Sequence record: OQ427096.1
Length of the DNA: 64,000 bases
Strand: one strand, 5' to 3'
Shown here: piece by piece, positions 32,746-42,353 of the stretch
Layout of the letters: the number at the start of each line of letters is the position of its first letter
Numbering within the stretch: the first letter of the stretch is position 1
Notes under the pieces: generated by a model
Told to the model about the DNA's origin: nothing
What the model saw: the letters and a program-made list of their open reading frames with translations, nothing else
The model's database searches: none
Position numbers and translations under genes: made by a program

Positions 32746-34106
32746 GATTTTTCGAAGACGATAGCAATTTTGAAACGACCCCGGCGAATCAGTCGGGGGT
32801 CACCAAGCTGCGAGTGAAGGACTTCCTCGATCGAGACTTCAAATCATTCTCGGAATACGATTGTCAGATCAACATTCCGAACATGATTGATGGTTTCAAG
32901 ATCAGTCAGCGCAAGGCAGCCTATGTCATCAACCGAACGAACAAACTCAACACCGTTGAGCGATATTCGGCACAGGTGGCATCAGAAACTGCATACCATC
33001 ATGGTGCAGGCAATCTGGAAGGCGTCATCGTTGGTATGGCGCAGAACTTCCCGACCTCGAACAATGTCAATTGGTTCGTTCCAGATGGCACGTTCGGTAA
33101 CATCCTTGACCACAAGGCTTCGTCTGGACGATACATCTCGGTTGAAGGCTCTCCCAACTTCCGAAAGTGGTTCAGTAAGGACGACGACCTGATCCTCGAA
33201 TACGAGTTTGAGGACGGTGAACAGATTGAGCCGACGTTCTTCATTCCTAAGGTTCCGACAATTCTGTTCAATGGTTCGTCGGGCATTGGTACCGGTTACT
33301 CGAGCACGATTCTGAACTACAACCCTGACGACGTCGTGCGCAATGTGCTGCAGGTCGTCAACGGAAAGAAGCAGACCAAGCTGGTTCCTTGGTATCGTGG
33401 TTGGACTGGTGATATCTCGAAGGCTGATGGACAGACGACTTTCCGTGGCAAGTTTGAGCGTGTCAACACCACGACCATTCTGATCACTGAGCTTCCGGTT
33501 GGTGTTGAGCAGGAGAAGTATCAGTCGCACCTGTCGAAGCTTATTGATAAGGGCTGGATCAAAGACTATGACGATGACTCGACGGAAGAGGCTGGTTGGA
33601 AGATCACTCTCTACACGACTCGCGAATGGCTCAAGGCACAAACCGACGAAGACCTGATGGTCAAATTGGGCTTGATCTCTCGTGAGTCTGAGAACATCGT
33701 TGTCTGGGATCACAAGGGCAAGATCAAGACCTTCGACAATCCTGAGCAGTTGGTTGAGTATTTCGTTGAGGCTCGTCTGGAGTTCTACGAGAAGCGTCGT
33801 CAGAAGCTGATCGAGGCAACGTCTGAGAAAATTCGTTGGTTGAGTGAGCGCATGCGCTTCATTCTTTTCTATCTGGACAACTCAGCTACCTTCAAGAACT
33901 TGAAGAAGGATGCCTTGGTAGAACTGTTGCAGAAAAACAAGTTTGCCGACTACGATCGCCTGTTGCAGATGCCTATCTGGAACTTGACGAAAGATAAGAT
34001 CGAAGAACTTTCGAAGGCAACGGACAACGAAAAGTCTACCCTGGTTGCCCTCGAAAAAGATACGGCGAAGGACATGTACGTTCGAGAGCTGAAGGAAATC
34101 AAGTAG
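32742..34106 (+). CDS. Type II DNA topoisomerase medium subunit (gp52)
   Basis: IPNMIDGFKISQRK, YHHG, SGRY active-site Tyr, GIGTG. Confidence 0.96.
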   Translation: MRFFEDDSNFETTPANQSGVTKLRVKDFLDRDFKSFSEYDCQINIPNMIDGFKISQRKAAYVINRTNKLNTVERYSAQVASETAYHHGAGNLEGVIVGMAQNFPTSNNVNWFVPDGTFGNILDHKASSGRYISVEGSPNFRKWFSKDDDLILEYEFEDGEQIEPTFFIPKVPTILFNGSSGIGTGYSSTILNYNPDDVVRNVLQVVNGKKQTKLVPWYRGWTGDISKADGQTTFRGKFERVNTTTILITELPVGVEQEKYQSHLSKLIDKGWIKDYDDDSTEEAGWKITLYTTREWLKAQTDEDLMVKLGLISRESENIVVWDHKGKIKTFDNPEQLVEYFVEARLEFYEKRRQKLIEATSEKIRWLSERMRFILFYLDNSATFKNLKKDALVELLQKNKFADYDRLLQMPIWNLTKDKIEELSKATDNEKSTLVALEKDTAKDMYVRELKEIK

Positions 34107-34110
34107 GAAC

Positions 34111-34139
34111 TTGTTCTTTCTACATCGAAACAATATCAT
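34111..34139 (+). promoter_or_regulatory. Sigma70-type early promoter
   Basis: TTGTTC-N17-TATCAT. Confidence 0.7.
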
Positions 34140-34166
34140 AGTTTTACGGTAACCAAACAGGACTTT

Positions 34167-34490
34167 GTGATGATGATCAGGTTGGACGGCGCGAAGGTTG
34201 CATTGATCTCCGCTGCCGTCGCTCGTGTTGCAGGTAGTGAAGCCCACAAGTTCGTCATTGACGAGCATCTGCGGGCGATTTCCTCCGCCGTTGGCGCCGA
34301 AGGCGTCTCGGTGTATGACCTGGGCAAGCGGAACGAAAAGACTCGCTTCATTCGTTTCGACTTCCCGCAGGGTGAACAGATCGAAATCGAAGTCGGTCCG
34401 CAGCCTGAGTTCGTGAACCATGACAATCGCCCCGAAGGCGATGATGACACCCCGGGCGGCACGCCTGTTGCGATGCGGATGGCAGCATGA
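34167..34490 (+). CDS. Hypothetical protein
   Basis: AGGA RBS; follows promoter. Confidence 0.65.
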   Translation: MMMIRLDGAKVALISAAVARVAGSEAHKFVIDEHLRAISSAVGAEGVSVYDLGKRNEKTRFIRFDFPQGEQIEIEVGPQPEFVNHDNRPEGDDDTPGGTPVAMRMAA

Positions 34491-34762
34491 TCGAGATCAT
34501 CTTTGGGTGGGCGCTTCCTGCGCTCATCCTTCTCATCGTAGGTGGGTACTTCACCTGGAAGAAAGCGAAGGAAGACATTCTGTACTACGACTGTCTTACT
34601 CGCGGGACGCTGCTGAGAATCCCGTTGGTTCTTATCGCCGCTGCGTTTCCGGGCATCAACTGGGTGGCTATCCTCTTCATCGTAGCCTGGGCACTCGCTG
34701 TGTATGAACGCCAAATATCTGACTTCTTCAGAGAGCCTGTCTGCGGAAGGAAGAAGAAATGA
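34487..34762 (+). CDS. Membrane protein (T.G..P..N family)
   Basis: TRGTLL..FPGIN. Confidence 0.75.
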   Translation: MIEIIFGWALPALILLIVGGYFTWKKAKEDILYYDCLTRGTLLRIPLVLIAAAFPGINWVAILFIVAWALAVYERQISDFFREPVCGRKKK

Positions 34763-35061
34763 GCATCTTTCTGTTCGCACTCTGGGCATTCGGAAGTCTC
34801 TTCTGTCTCGCCTACCTGACCAGCGTAGCTAAAGACCACATCAAGCACTACGATTTGACGGTTGGCGACCTGGGCTTCTTCGGAGTGATGTGCTTGTTGG
34901 CGGTCATCCCGGTGTTTAACTTGCTGGCAGGATTCGTTATCTTTGCCGAGTGGGTTGAGGTCACCTTCGGACCCAAAGCAAAGCGCATCATCGATTTCAT
35001 CTCCAACCACCCGATATGGGACAAGGTAATCTTTGTCTCGAAAGAATCCAACAAGAGGTAA
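34759..35061 (+). CDS. Membrane protein (T.G..P..N family)
   Basis: TVGDL..IPVFN. Confidence 0.75.
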   Translation: MSIFLFALWAFGSLFCLAYLTSVAKDHIKHYDLTVGDLGFFGVMCLLAVIPVFNLLAGFVIFAEWVEVTFGPKAKRIIDFISNHPIWDKVIFVSKESNKR

Positions 35062-35068
35062 TACCGAA

Positions 35069-35284
35069 ATGGCTGTGAAAGAAAAGAAGGACACCAAGAC
35101 CTACGTTGGTGCACGCATCTCCACCAAGCAGTTCAAGCGCTACCTGGCCACTGCTCCGACGCCGGAAGCGAAGCGCGCCATCAAGTCTCTGTACCTGAGC
35201 GAGCCGGTCAAGTTCTACAGCAAGGCTGACCTGGCTGCTGAGAACGAAGGTGTCGAAACCGACCTGCCGGTCAAGGCGAAGTAA
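35069..35284 (+). CDS. Small basic hypothetical protein
   Basis: GAGG RBS; strong codon bias. Confidence 0.75.
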   Translation: MAVKEKKDTKTYVGARISTKQFKRYLATAPTPEAKRAIKSLYLSEPVKFYSKADLAAENEGVETDLPVKAK

Positions 35285-35287
35285 GAA

Positions 35288-35581
35288 ATGGCCATCTCCA
35301 AGAAGCGCATCGCTTTCTGGACTGTGGCACTGGCCTTCGGGGTAGCAATTTCGCTACCCCTGGGCGCTAACGCAGAACAGCCGACCCAGCCGAAGCCGGT
35401 TCCGTCGTATGTCCAGGCCAACGTGAATCAGTTCAAGTTCACGCAGATTCCTGATCCGTCGACCAAGGGCGAGACTTCGGTCATCCGTTTCGTCGACTAC
35501 GAACTGCGCAAGGTATGCTACATCCAGAAGATGTATGTCTACCATGGTGGCGGTCCGGCAATGAGCTGCCTGCCGCTATGA
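35288..35581 (+). CDS. Secreted protein (CY..SC family)
   Basis: Signal peptide; VCY..AMSCL. Confidence 0.75.
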   Translation: MAISKKRIAFWTVALAFGVAISLPLGANAEQPTQPKPVPSYVQANVNQFKFTQIPDPSTKGETSVIRFVDYELRKVCYIQKMYVYHGGGPAMSCLPL

Positions 35582-35934
35582 AGAAGATTCTTCTCGCAGT
35601 TGCGCTGATGATGCCTCTGTCTGCAATGGCACAGAACATCATCATGGATACGAACACTCAGATGCTGACCCAGTCGATGATGGCGTCTGCAAATGAGCCG
35701 AGCCGACCGAAGCCGACGGCGCACACCTTCTACAAAGAGCGCGTGCCAGGCAAGCCCGAAGAAGGTTTCATCCCGGTCACAAGAAATGCACCTGCTGTAA
35801 ACTATGTGCAGGATAAGGTAAGGGTCGAAGGCAAGACGATCTACATGCTGGATGATAGGGCTAAGGGCATCAAGTGCTACTTCATCACCTATTTCAGCGT
35901 GCGTGAACCTGCAATCTCCTGTGTGAAGTACTAA
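35578..35934 (+). CDS. Secreted protein (CY..SC family)
   Basis: Signal peptide; KCY..AISCV. Confidence 0.75.
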   Translation: MKKILLAVALMMPLSAMAQNIIMDTNTQMLTQSMMASANEPSRPKPTAHTFYKERVPGKPEEGFIPVTRNAPAVNYVQDKVRVEGKTIYMLDDRAKGIKCYFITYFSVREPAISCVKY

Positions 35935-35955
35935 CTCAACTCTGGAAAATATATC

Positions 35956-36402
35956 ATGAACCGTGAACGTCTGATCTACATCGCTGAGTGGCTGGAAGCT
36001 GGCGCTCCGCATAAGGGCAAAGTGAAGGGCTTCGACATTTCCGTCGGTGTGCAGGCGCTCAAGAGCGATGCACCTTCCTGTGGTACCACCTGCTGCATTG
36101 CCGGTGCGGCTACGCAGTTCTTCAACGACGAAGATGGCGAGCTGGCCAACGCCGCTTTTGGCTTCAGCGAGTGGCAGGAAGATGATGCCACCAATGAAGC
36201 CGAGTGGGATGCGGTCTTCTATGAAGCGCAGGACCTGCTGGAGCTGGATCATAAGACCGCAGTCGACCTTTTCATTCCGGTCGGTGCAACCGGTATCTAC
36301 GCTGAAGGCACCAACTGGTCGGATTTCAACGACCCCTACAAGACCGCACGCGTCATCCGCAATCTGCTGGAGACCGGCAAGGTCGACTGGAGCATCGAAT
36401 AA
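35956..36402 (+). CDS. Conserved phage hypothetical protein
   Basis: CGTTCCIAGAA motif. Confidence 0.8.
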   Translation: MNRERLIYIAEWLEAGAPHKGKVKGFDISVGVQALKSDAPSCGTTCCIAGAATQFFNDEDGELANAAFGFSEWQEDDATNEAEWDAVFYEAQDLLELDHKTAVDLFIPVGATGIYAEGTNWSDFNDPYKTARVIRNLLETGKVDWSIE

Positions 36403-37289
36403 TGAAGGCAACTCTGACCATCGGTGTGTCTGCCTCGGGTAAGACCACCTGGGCGCTGTCTCAGCCGGGCGAAGTGCTGAGCCGCGACAACTACCGTTGG
36501 TCCATCATGGAAGAGAAGGGCATCTCGCCTTCCTGGACCAACTGGAAGTGGAAGTGGGAAAATCTGGTCACTGAACGCGTCGATGCCGACCTGGCACTGT
36601 GCGCGGCTCAGGGTAAGGATATCATCATCGCCGATACGAACTTGAACGAGAACGTTCGTGGCGCGATGGCTGCCAAGCTGGAAGCTCTGGGTTACACCGT
36701 CGAATACAAGTTCTTCGATGTGACTTGGGATGAAGCTGTTCGTCGCGACAACGAGCGTGCGCATGGTGTCGGCTATTCTGTGCTGCAGAAGCAGCATCAG
36801 CAGTTCCTGGACAACCATGTTGGTCGTCTCGCCGCAGACGCTGACAAGGGGACTCGTAAGGCTGCCATCGTCGACATTGATGGAACCGTGGCTCTGATGG
36901 AAGGCGTTCGTGGACCGTTCGAGTGGCACAAGGTGCACCTGGACAAGCCGCATACTCCGATCATCGATATGGTCAAGGGTCTGATGGCAGCTGGGTACTT
37001 CATCCTGTTCACCTCTGGTCGCAGTGATGAGTGCTTCGACCTGACCGAGAACTGGCTGCAGAGCGTCTTCGCCCCCGATGGCTACTGGCACGGCGACTGT
37101 CGTTTGCTGATGCGCGAAGCTTCGGATCAGCGTAAGGACACGATCGTGAAGGAAGAGATCTACATGCGCCATATCCACTACAACTACGACGTGCAGATCG
37201 TTCTGGATGACCGTCCGAGCGTGTGCCGTATGTGGCGTGACCTGGGTCTGAACGTCGTGCAGGTCGGCAATCCCTACATCGAGTTCTAA
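36402..37289 (+). CDS. pseT: Polynucleotide 5'-kinase/3'-phosphatase
   Basis: P-loop GVSASGKTT, SRD, DTN; HAD DIDGT, SGR, DDR. Confidence 0.95.
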   Translation: MKATLTIGVSASGKTTWALSQPGEVLSRDNYRWSIMEEKGISPSWTNWKWKWENLVTERVDADLALCAAQGKDIIIADTNLNENVRGAMAAKLEALGYTVEYKFFDVTWDEAVRRDNERAHGVGYSVLQKQHQQFLDNHVGRLAADADKGTRKAAIVDIDGTVALMEGVRGPFEWHKVHLDKPHTPIIDMVKGLMAAGYFILFTSGRSDECFDLTENWLQSVFAPDGYWHGDCRLLMREASDQRKDTIVKEEIYMRHIHYNYDVQIVLDDRPSVCRMWRDLGLNVVQVGNPYIEF

Positions 37290-37290
37290 G

Positions 37291-37599
37291 ATGACGGACG
37301 CCGAAATCTATAAGGCGGTAATGGCGGAGCTCAAGGCAGCTCCGTTCATTACAACCAATCGTGCACTCACGACAACGAAATTTGCAACGTTCAAATTCAA
37401 GAAGCGTTCGAGTGGGTACTACCTCAACGTTGACTTGCATTCTTGGCCTTCGGAGCACGAGCGAGTACGCAAAGAGTTCAACTCATGGCTTTATAAGAAG
37501 CTGAAACCCTATGGTTGGGTTCCCTACACCACTTCCGGTGGCTGTGGCGAGTGGACCTACCGACTTGATGGAGGAATAGAATTTGACTTCGGACCTTAA
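37291..37599 (+). CDS. Hypothetical protein
   Basis: Adjacent ORF. Confidence 0.7.
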   Translation: MTDAEIYKAVMAELKAAPFITTNRALTTTKFATFKFKKRSSGYYLNVDLHSWPSEHERVRKEFNSWLYKKLKPYGWVPYTTSGGCGEWTYRLDGGIEFDFGP

Positions 37600-37801
37600 A
37601 ATCGAATCAATCAAAACCGTTTACTCTGCTCTGAACATTCCTTTCCCGGAAGGTCAGGATACTCACCTGTATGGTGTGCTGAATGATCTCTGGGAAACGG
37701 CTACTACGACCGTTGACGTCGAAGCAGTAAGGCAGCAGTCTTGGCAGGAAGGATATGATGACGCACGCGAAGATCATGCGTGGGACAGTTCAAGCTGTTG
37801 A
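37583..37801 (+). CDS. Acidic protein, W-x-S-S-S-C family (7)
   Basis: TTG start after GGAGG; ends HAWDSSSC*. Confidence 0.72.
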   Translation: MTSDLKIESIKTVYSALNIPFPEGQDTHLYGVLNDLWETATTTVDVEAVRQQSWQEGYDDAREDHAWDSSSC

Positions 37802-37830
37802 TTGACCTATCCAGGTCAAAGATGTAGACT
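37802..37830 (+). promoter_or_regulatory. Sigma70-type promoter with palindrome over -35
   Basis: TTGACC-N17-TAGACT; TTGACCT-N4-AGGTCAA. Confidence 0.75.
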
Positions 37831-37877
37831 GTGAGTGTGGTAGCGGTAACACTTTATTATTGGAGTACGTGATTTAG

Positions 37878-38867
37878 ATGGCACACGAAATTACTGAACG
37901 TGCAGACGGCACGAGTGAAATGGCGTTTACCGGTCCTCGCAGCGCAGTTTGGCACGGACTTGGTCAGCAGGTTGATGAAAATGCTTCCTTCGATGATTGG
38001 AAGCGCATGGCAGGTTTGGATTGGGAAGTACACGAATCCACCGTCGATTACACCGCAGTGAGTGCAAAGGGTAAGCCTGAGAAGCATTCGATTCCGGACA
38101 AGCGAGTTCTGTTCCGTTCGGACAACAAGGAAGCTCTGGGTATTGTCTCGAATGACTTCAAGATCGTGCAGCCTGATCAGGTCATTGAGTTCTTCCGAGA
38201 CCTTGTTGAACTGCATGGCTTCAAACTGAGTACTGCTGGATCGCTCTTCGGTGGTCGTCGTTTCTGGGCACTTGCAGATGTTGGCAAGAGCGAGAACGTT
38301 ATCGACAAGGATCAGATTGACGGACATCTACTGCTGACAACGGCTGTGGATGGAACGATGTCGACCCAAGCGCGTTTCACCTCAACCCGAGTGGTTTGCA
38401 ACAACACTCTGACGATTGCTCTGCAAGGTGCAAGCTCTCGCCCTGTAATTCGTGTGACTCATAAGAAGGACTTTGATCCGACTCAGGTCAAGATCGATCT
38501 CAAGCTCATCGACAAGGGCTGGGCTGACTTCATGACCAATATGCGGAAGCTGGCAAACAAGAAGATGTCTGCTCGTCAGACTCGAGAGTTCTTCGAAGAG
38601 CAGCTGTACAATCCAGAACGTCGTGCAGACGAACAGACCTGGGGCGTGAACCGCGAAGTGACGCGTTTGACCGATCTGGCTCTGGGTGGTAGTGGGTCCG
38701 GTTACTCCAAGGGCACGGCGTACGGTACGCTGTGTGCGATTACGGAGCACTTTACACACGGTTCCGGCAAGCGTGATCCGTCTCGCCAGTTCTGGGATGC
38801 TTATGTCGGTCATGGTGACTCGAAGAAGCAAGACATGTATCGCAATCTGTTGAAGGTTGCAGCCTAA
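37878..38867 (+). CDS. DUF932/TIGR03299-family protein
   Basis: MAHE..WHGLG..LFRSD..VSND[FY]K.VQP..AGSL.GG..RVVCNNT. Confidence 0.9.
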   Translation: MAHEITERADGTSEMAFTGPRSAVWHGLGQQVDENASFDDWKRMAGLDWEVHESTVDYTAVSAKGKPEKHSIPDKRVLFRSDNKEALGIVSNDFKIVQPDQVIEFFRDLVELHGFKLSTAGSLFGGRRFWALADVGKSENVIDKDQIDGHLLLTTAVDGTMSTQARFTSTRVVCNNTLTIALQGASSRPVIRVTHKKDFDPTQVKIDLKLIDKGWADFMTNMRKLANKKMSARQTREFFEEQLYNPERRADEQTWGVNREVTRLTDLALGGSGSGYSKGTAYGTLCAITEHFTHGSGKRDPSRQFWDAYVGHGDSKKQDMYRNLLKVAA

Positions 38868-38877
38868 GGAGAAAGTA

Positions 38878-39123
38878 GTGAGCGAAGTAAAGAATGTTTC
38901 TGTAAGGTTTGGTGTACCTTTCCTGCCTCTGTTGACACTGCTGTTCATCGGTCTTAAGCTGGGTGAGATCGGTGTCGTCGCAGGCTGGTCTTGGTGGTTG
39001 GTCTGGGCGCCGCTGTGGGTTCCTGTAGCACTCGTGCTGGGTATCTGGGGTCTGATCATTGGCCTGGGTGCAACGGTTGTTGTTGGTTCCTATCTCTATC
39101 GTAAAGCCAAAGGAAAGAAGTAA
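38878..39123 (+). CDS. Membrane protein
   Basis: LLTLLFIGLKL..WSWWLVWAPLW. Confidence 0.8.
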   Translation: MSEVKNVSVRFGVPFLPLLTLLFIGLKLGEIGVVAGWSWWLVWAPLWVPVALVLGIWGLIIGLGATVVVGSYLYRKAKGKK

Positions 39124-39126
39124 TCC

Positions 39127-39924
39127 ATGAAGAAGTTCTTTGTAGCAATTCTGATGGCTGCTGTTCTGGCCACCACTGGTTGTTCTGTGGTTTCGCCTGA
39201 TCCTGGTCAGGAAGCTGTTCTGGTCGCCAAGCCAATGATCTTCGGCACCGGTGGCGTGCTGGATGAAACCGTCAAGCCTGGACGCGAGTTTGTGGCATTG
39301 ACCACAGATGCGATCTATGTGGACGTGACTCCGCAGAACATCCCTGTGAACTTCGACGACCTGTCTAGCAAGGACAACATCCTTCTTGACTTCGAGACGA
39401 ACATCCAGCTGCAGGTCAAGAACGCATCGCAGCTCTACAAGACCAAGGGTCCTGAATGGTTCAAGAACAACATCCAGGCTAACTACCGAGCCATTGTTCG
39501 CGATGCTGTCAAGACCAAGGACATGAATGAGCTGATGTCTGGCCAAAAGACGGCTCAGGAAGTCGATGCCGACGTGACTGAGAAGCTGGTTGCACTGGTC
39601 AAGGAAAAGCTGGGTGACAATGTCGTGGTGATGGATGTCTCTCTGGGACGTGCCAAGCCCAACCCGGATGTTCTGCAGCAGATGAACCTGACAGCTGCCG
39701 AGCAGCAGCGCGCCAAGACGATGGTGCAGGCAGAATTGGCTGAACAGGCTCGAAAGCAGCAACAGATTGCTAAGGCAGACGCAGACAACGCATATCGAGA
39801 CAAGATGTTTCTTTCTCCAGAGCAGTACCTTCGTCTCCAGATTGCCAACATCCAAGCCGATGCCTGTAAGGCAAGCAAGAGCTGTATCGTAGCGCCGCCT
39901 GGCACTTCGGTGCTCGTGCAGTAA
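39127..39924 (+). CDS. SPFH/band 7 family lipoprotein
   Basis: Lipobox LATTGC; V.PGQEAV; coiled-coil EQQR..AEL..ADAD. Confidence 0.88.
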   Translation: MKKFFVAILMAAVLATTGCSVVSPDPGQEAVLVAKPMIFGTGGVLDETVKPGREFVALTTDAIYVDVTPQNIPVNFDDLSSKDNILLDFETNIQLQVKNASQLYKTKGPEWFKNNIQANYRAIVRDAVKTKDMNELMSGQKTAQEVDADVTEKLVALVKEKLGDNVVVMDVSLGRAKPNPDVLQQMNLTAAEQQRAKTMVQAELAEQARKQQQIAKADADNAYRDKMFLSPEQYLRLQIANIQADACKASKSCIVAPPGTSVLVQ

Positions 39925-39944
39925 GAAAACTTTCTGCAAGTAGG

Positions 39945-39971
39945 AGAAGCCACAGAAATGTGGCTTTTCTT
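39945..39971 (+). terminator. Rho-independent terminator
   Basis: AGAAGCCACA-GAAA-TGTGGCTTTTCT. Confidence 0.85.
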
Positions 39972-40005
39972 GCGTCAATCGAGAACTTTCTGGCCTACGA
40001 AAAGG

Positions 40006-40034
40006 TTGTTCCAGAAGTGCCTGATCTGTAGACT
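40006..40034 (+). promoter_or_regulatory. Sigma70-type early promoter
   Basis: TTGTTC-N17-TAGACT with TG extension. Confidence 0.72.
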
Positions 40035-40086
40035 GTGTGAGTGGTAAACAGTTCCGAAAAAACAAATCACTCCAAGAGGTTCCGAA

Positions 40087-40326
40087 ATGTCTGAGTATGT
40101 CGTCGTTCCGCAGGTCAAGGGTCTTTCGAAGGTGCCGGCTTATGTTGGCAACCGTGTCGATGGCTACCAGACTGTCTACCTGACCGTCGGAACCAAGGTG
40201 ACCAACGTCTCGAAGTTCCCCTATGAACTGAAGAAGTTCTACGGCACGATCGACGGCGTGGTCCACGTCCTCTGGAAGGACTCGATCAAGCGCGCCCCGC
40301 GTGTCAAGAAGGGAGAAGAAGAATGA
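40087..40326 (+). CDS. Hypothetical protein
   Basis: GAGG RBS. Confidence 0.75.
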   Translation: MSEYVVVPQVKGLSKVPAYVGNRVDGYQTVYLTVGTKVTNVSKFPYELKKFYGTIDGVVHVLWKDSIKRAPRVKKGEEE

Positions 40327-40616
40327 ACCGCTGGTGCAGGTTCTTCGCCACCCTCGGTCTCGGTCTGGCCATTGCAGGCGGGTTGACTGGATGCTTCGAG
40401 CATTCACCTCCACAAGAAGCCAGCTATACCCAGAACGGCATCCAGGTCGAGAAGCTTTTTGTCAAGGACGGATGCACGGTTTACCGATTCCTTGACGGCA
40501 ACATTCGCTACGTCTACTACGCAGACTGCTCGAAGTCTGCGACGGTGAGTTACTCCGAGAACTGCGGTAAGAGCTGCGAGCGTCCCGTCGTGAATACTTC
40601 TTCCAAGGAACAGTGA
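40323..40616 (+). CDS. Putative lipoprotein (DUF4884-like)
   Basis: LTGC lipobox; VEKLF.KDGC.VYRF.D. Confidence 0.72.
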   Translation: MNRWCRFFATLGLGLAIAGGLTGCFEHSPPQEASYTQNGIQVEKLFVKDGCTVYRFLDGNIRYVYYADCSKSATVSYSENCGKSCERPVVNTSSKEQ

Positions 40617-41014
40617 TGCGAACCTACCATAAAGACGGCACCCAGGCAGCACCGGACGAGATTTTCGTCTTCGGCAGTAACCTCGCCGGTCGGCATGGTG
40701 CAGGTGCAGCAAAAGCCGCCCTACATCACTACGGTGCGAAGTACGGCGAAGGCATCGGCGAGCAAGGTCGGTCGTACGCAATTCCGACCAAGGATGAACA
40801 CATCCAGACCCTGCCGATCGAACTGATCAAGCCGCACATCGACGAATTCATTCGTCAGGCTGGTCATCTCTTCAACACCCGAAAGTATTTCGTTACTCGA
40901 ATCGGTTGTGGCCTCGCAGGCTATACCGACGAGCAGATCGCTCCTCTGTTCCGCGAAGCGCCGTACAGCAATATGAGCTTCCCGGAAGAGTGGAAACCCT
41001 ATCTCGAGGACTGA
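40613..41014 (+). CDS. Macrodomain-like (A1-type) protein
   Basis: IFVFGSNLAGRHGAGAA..SYAIPTK..VTRIGCGLAG. Confidence 0.7.
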   Translation: MMRTYHKDGTQAAPDEIFVFGSNLAGRHGAGAAKAALHHYGAKYGEGIGEQGRSYAIPTKDEHIQTLPIELIKPHIDEFIRQAGHLFNTRKYFVTRIGCGLAGYTDEQIAPLFREAPYSNMSFPEEWKPYLED

Positions 41015-41022
41015 GAACTGTT

Positions 41023-41277
41023 ATGCAGAAGTTGATGCGCGAAGGAATCATCATTGACACCAAGCGTCGGCAGGAGGGCAATCTCTCCATCCAGGTTCCG
41101 CCTGTACCGTCAGCTGAAGAACGTTACGGTGACTACTGCGCCAAACTGGCAGCACGTGGTTTGACCCCGAAGGTAAACAGCTTCCCCTGGGCGTGGAAGG
41201 GCAAGAAGAAGCCCAAGACGTTCCTCAGCAAGAAGCCTAAGATGCGCAAGCGTCGCATGGAGACGGTACCGGTATGA
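41023..41277 (+). CDS. Basic hypothetical protein
   Basis: K/R-rich ORF. Confidence 0.6.
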   Translation: MQKLMREGIIIDTKRRQEGNLSIQVPPVPSAEERYGDYCAKLAARGLTPKVNSFPWAWKGKKKPKTFLSKKPKMRKRRMETVPV

Positions 41278-41450
41278 CCAAAGAAGAAATCATTCAAAAG
41301 TTGGGACGTGCGGCTGCAATCGATATCATCCTGCAGCGCGAACTAACCGAAGAGCAACTCCAGCTCGTTCTCGAGGTTATCGAAATCTCGATGGACCTGG
41401 CAGAGGCGAACACCCTCAAGGCAATTGAACTCCGGAACGCAGCGCAATGA
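41274..41450 (+). CDS. Hypothetical protein (58 aa)
   Basis: ATGA overlaps at both ends. Confidence 0.6.
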   Translation: MTKEEIIQKLGRAAAIDIILQRELTEEQLQLVLEVIEISMDLAEANTLKAIELRNAAQ

Positions 41451-41725
41451 TCGAGCACAAGAAAGATATCTTCTTCAAAGGCATCATGATCTTTGCGGTC
41501 ATGGTGTGTCATTCTGACCAAGAGACATATACTGAAGGCATGGTGTACCGCGATGGTTATATGGCTGCGGCTCGGAAGTTCTACGAGAACTTCGGCTACA
41601 TGACCGCCAAGGAAACCCGTGACCTGTTCAGCACTGACACTCCGGTCTGGCCTGAATGGATGACGGAAGTTTTCATGGAAGTGGAGCGCCGAGTTTTCGA
41701 CACCACCATCTGGGACAAGCAATGA
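41447..41725 (+). CDS. Hypothetical protein
   Basis: Coupled ORF. Confidence 0.65.
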   Translation: MIEHKKDIFFKGIMIFAVMVCHSDQETYTEGMVYRDGYMAAARKFYENFGYMTAKETRDLFSTDTPVWPEWMTEVFMEVERRVFDTTIWDKQ

Positions 41726-41961
41726 AAAAGATTCTCTCAATCGCTCTTCTGGCTCTGAGCCTCACAGCATGTTCGCGCCAGGAACTTCCGAGCCCGCCAG
41801 AAGCTGCAACGGCAGCAGCAGGCGAAACCGTCACCTCGCCTTGGACGAACAAATCGTTCGAGCATCGTGTCGAAGCCTTCTCGAAGCCAGACAAGTACGG
41901 CGTGGTTTGTTACCACTATCTGTACGGTGACCAATCCCTCTCTTGCATCAAGGTGCAGTGA
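41722..41961 (+). CDS. Lipoprotein (CY..SC family)
   Basis: LTAC lipobox; VVCY..SLSCI. Confidence 0.78.
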   Translation: MKKILSIALLALSLTACSRQELPSPPEAATAAAGETVTSPWTNKSFEHRVEAFSKPDKYGVVCYHYLYGDQSLSCIKVQ

Positions 41962-42353
41962 TGAACCAGCAAGAAGCTCTTGAGAAATTGATCGAAGCCG
42001 CCGACCATGCCTACAAGGTCTTTCTGAGTCTGGCAGAACGCGGTGAATATCCGCAGGAGCTTCTTCCCTGGGACGGCGAAGGCAAAGACAGTCCGTTGTT
42101 CATGGGCCACCAAGGTCTGATGTTCTTGATCAACGCGATCAAGGATGCTAAGGCTGTAAAGCAGCCTCAGGCTTTCGTTGCAGACATGAAAACTTCCGGC
42201 GGCATGGAATACTACGTCATGTTGGGCACGCCAGAGCGGAATGATTCGCTCTTCATGTTCAAGAGCCGTAGCCGAGCAGAGTTCACTGCCGCCGAAGTCA
42301 ACTATTCATTGGGCATTGGCCCGCAGCCCGACGTACTGGATTACGAAGAATGA
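41961..42353 (+). CDS. Hypothetical protein
   Basis: TGATG coupling. Confidence 0.7.
   Translation: MNQQEALEKLIEAADHAYKVFLSLAERGEYPQELLPWDGEGKDSPLFMGHQGLMFLINAIKDAKAVKQPQAFVADMKTSGGMEYYVMLGTPERNDSLFMFKSRSRAEFTAAEVNYSLGIGPQPDVLDYEE

Noticed and set aside
38752-40413. 553-aa minus-strand ORF and other long antisense ORFs (e.g. 30916-32193, 4489-5379, 35539-36411)
   Set aside because: Shadows of codon-biased plus-strand genes; no RBS or motifs, and they span several real genes
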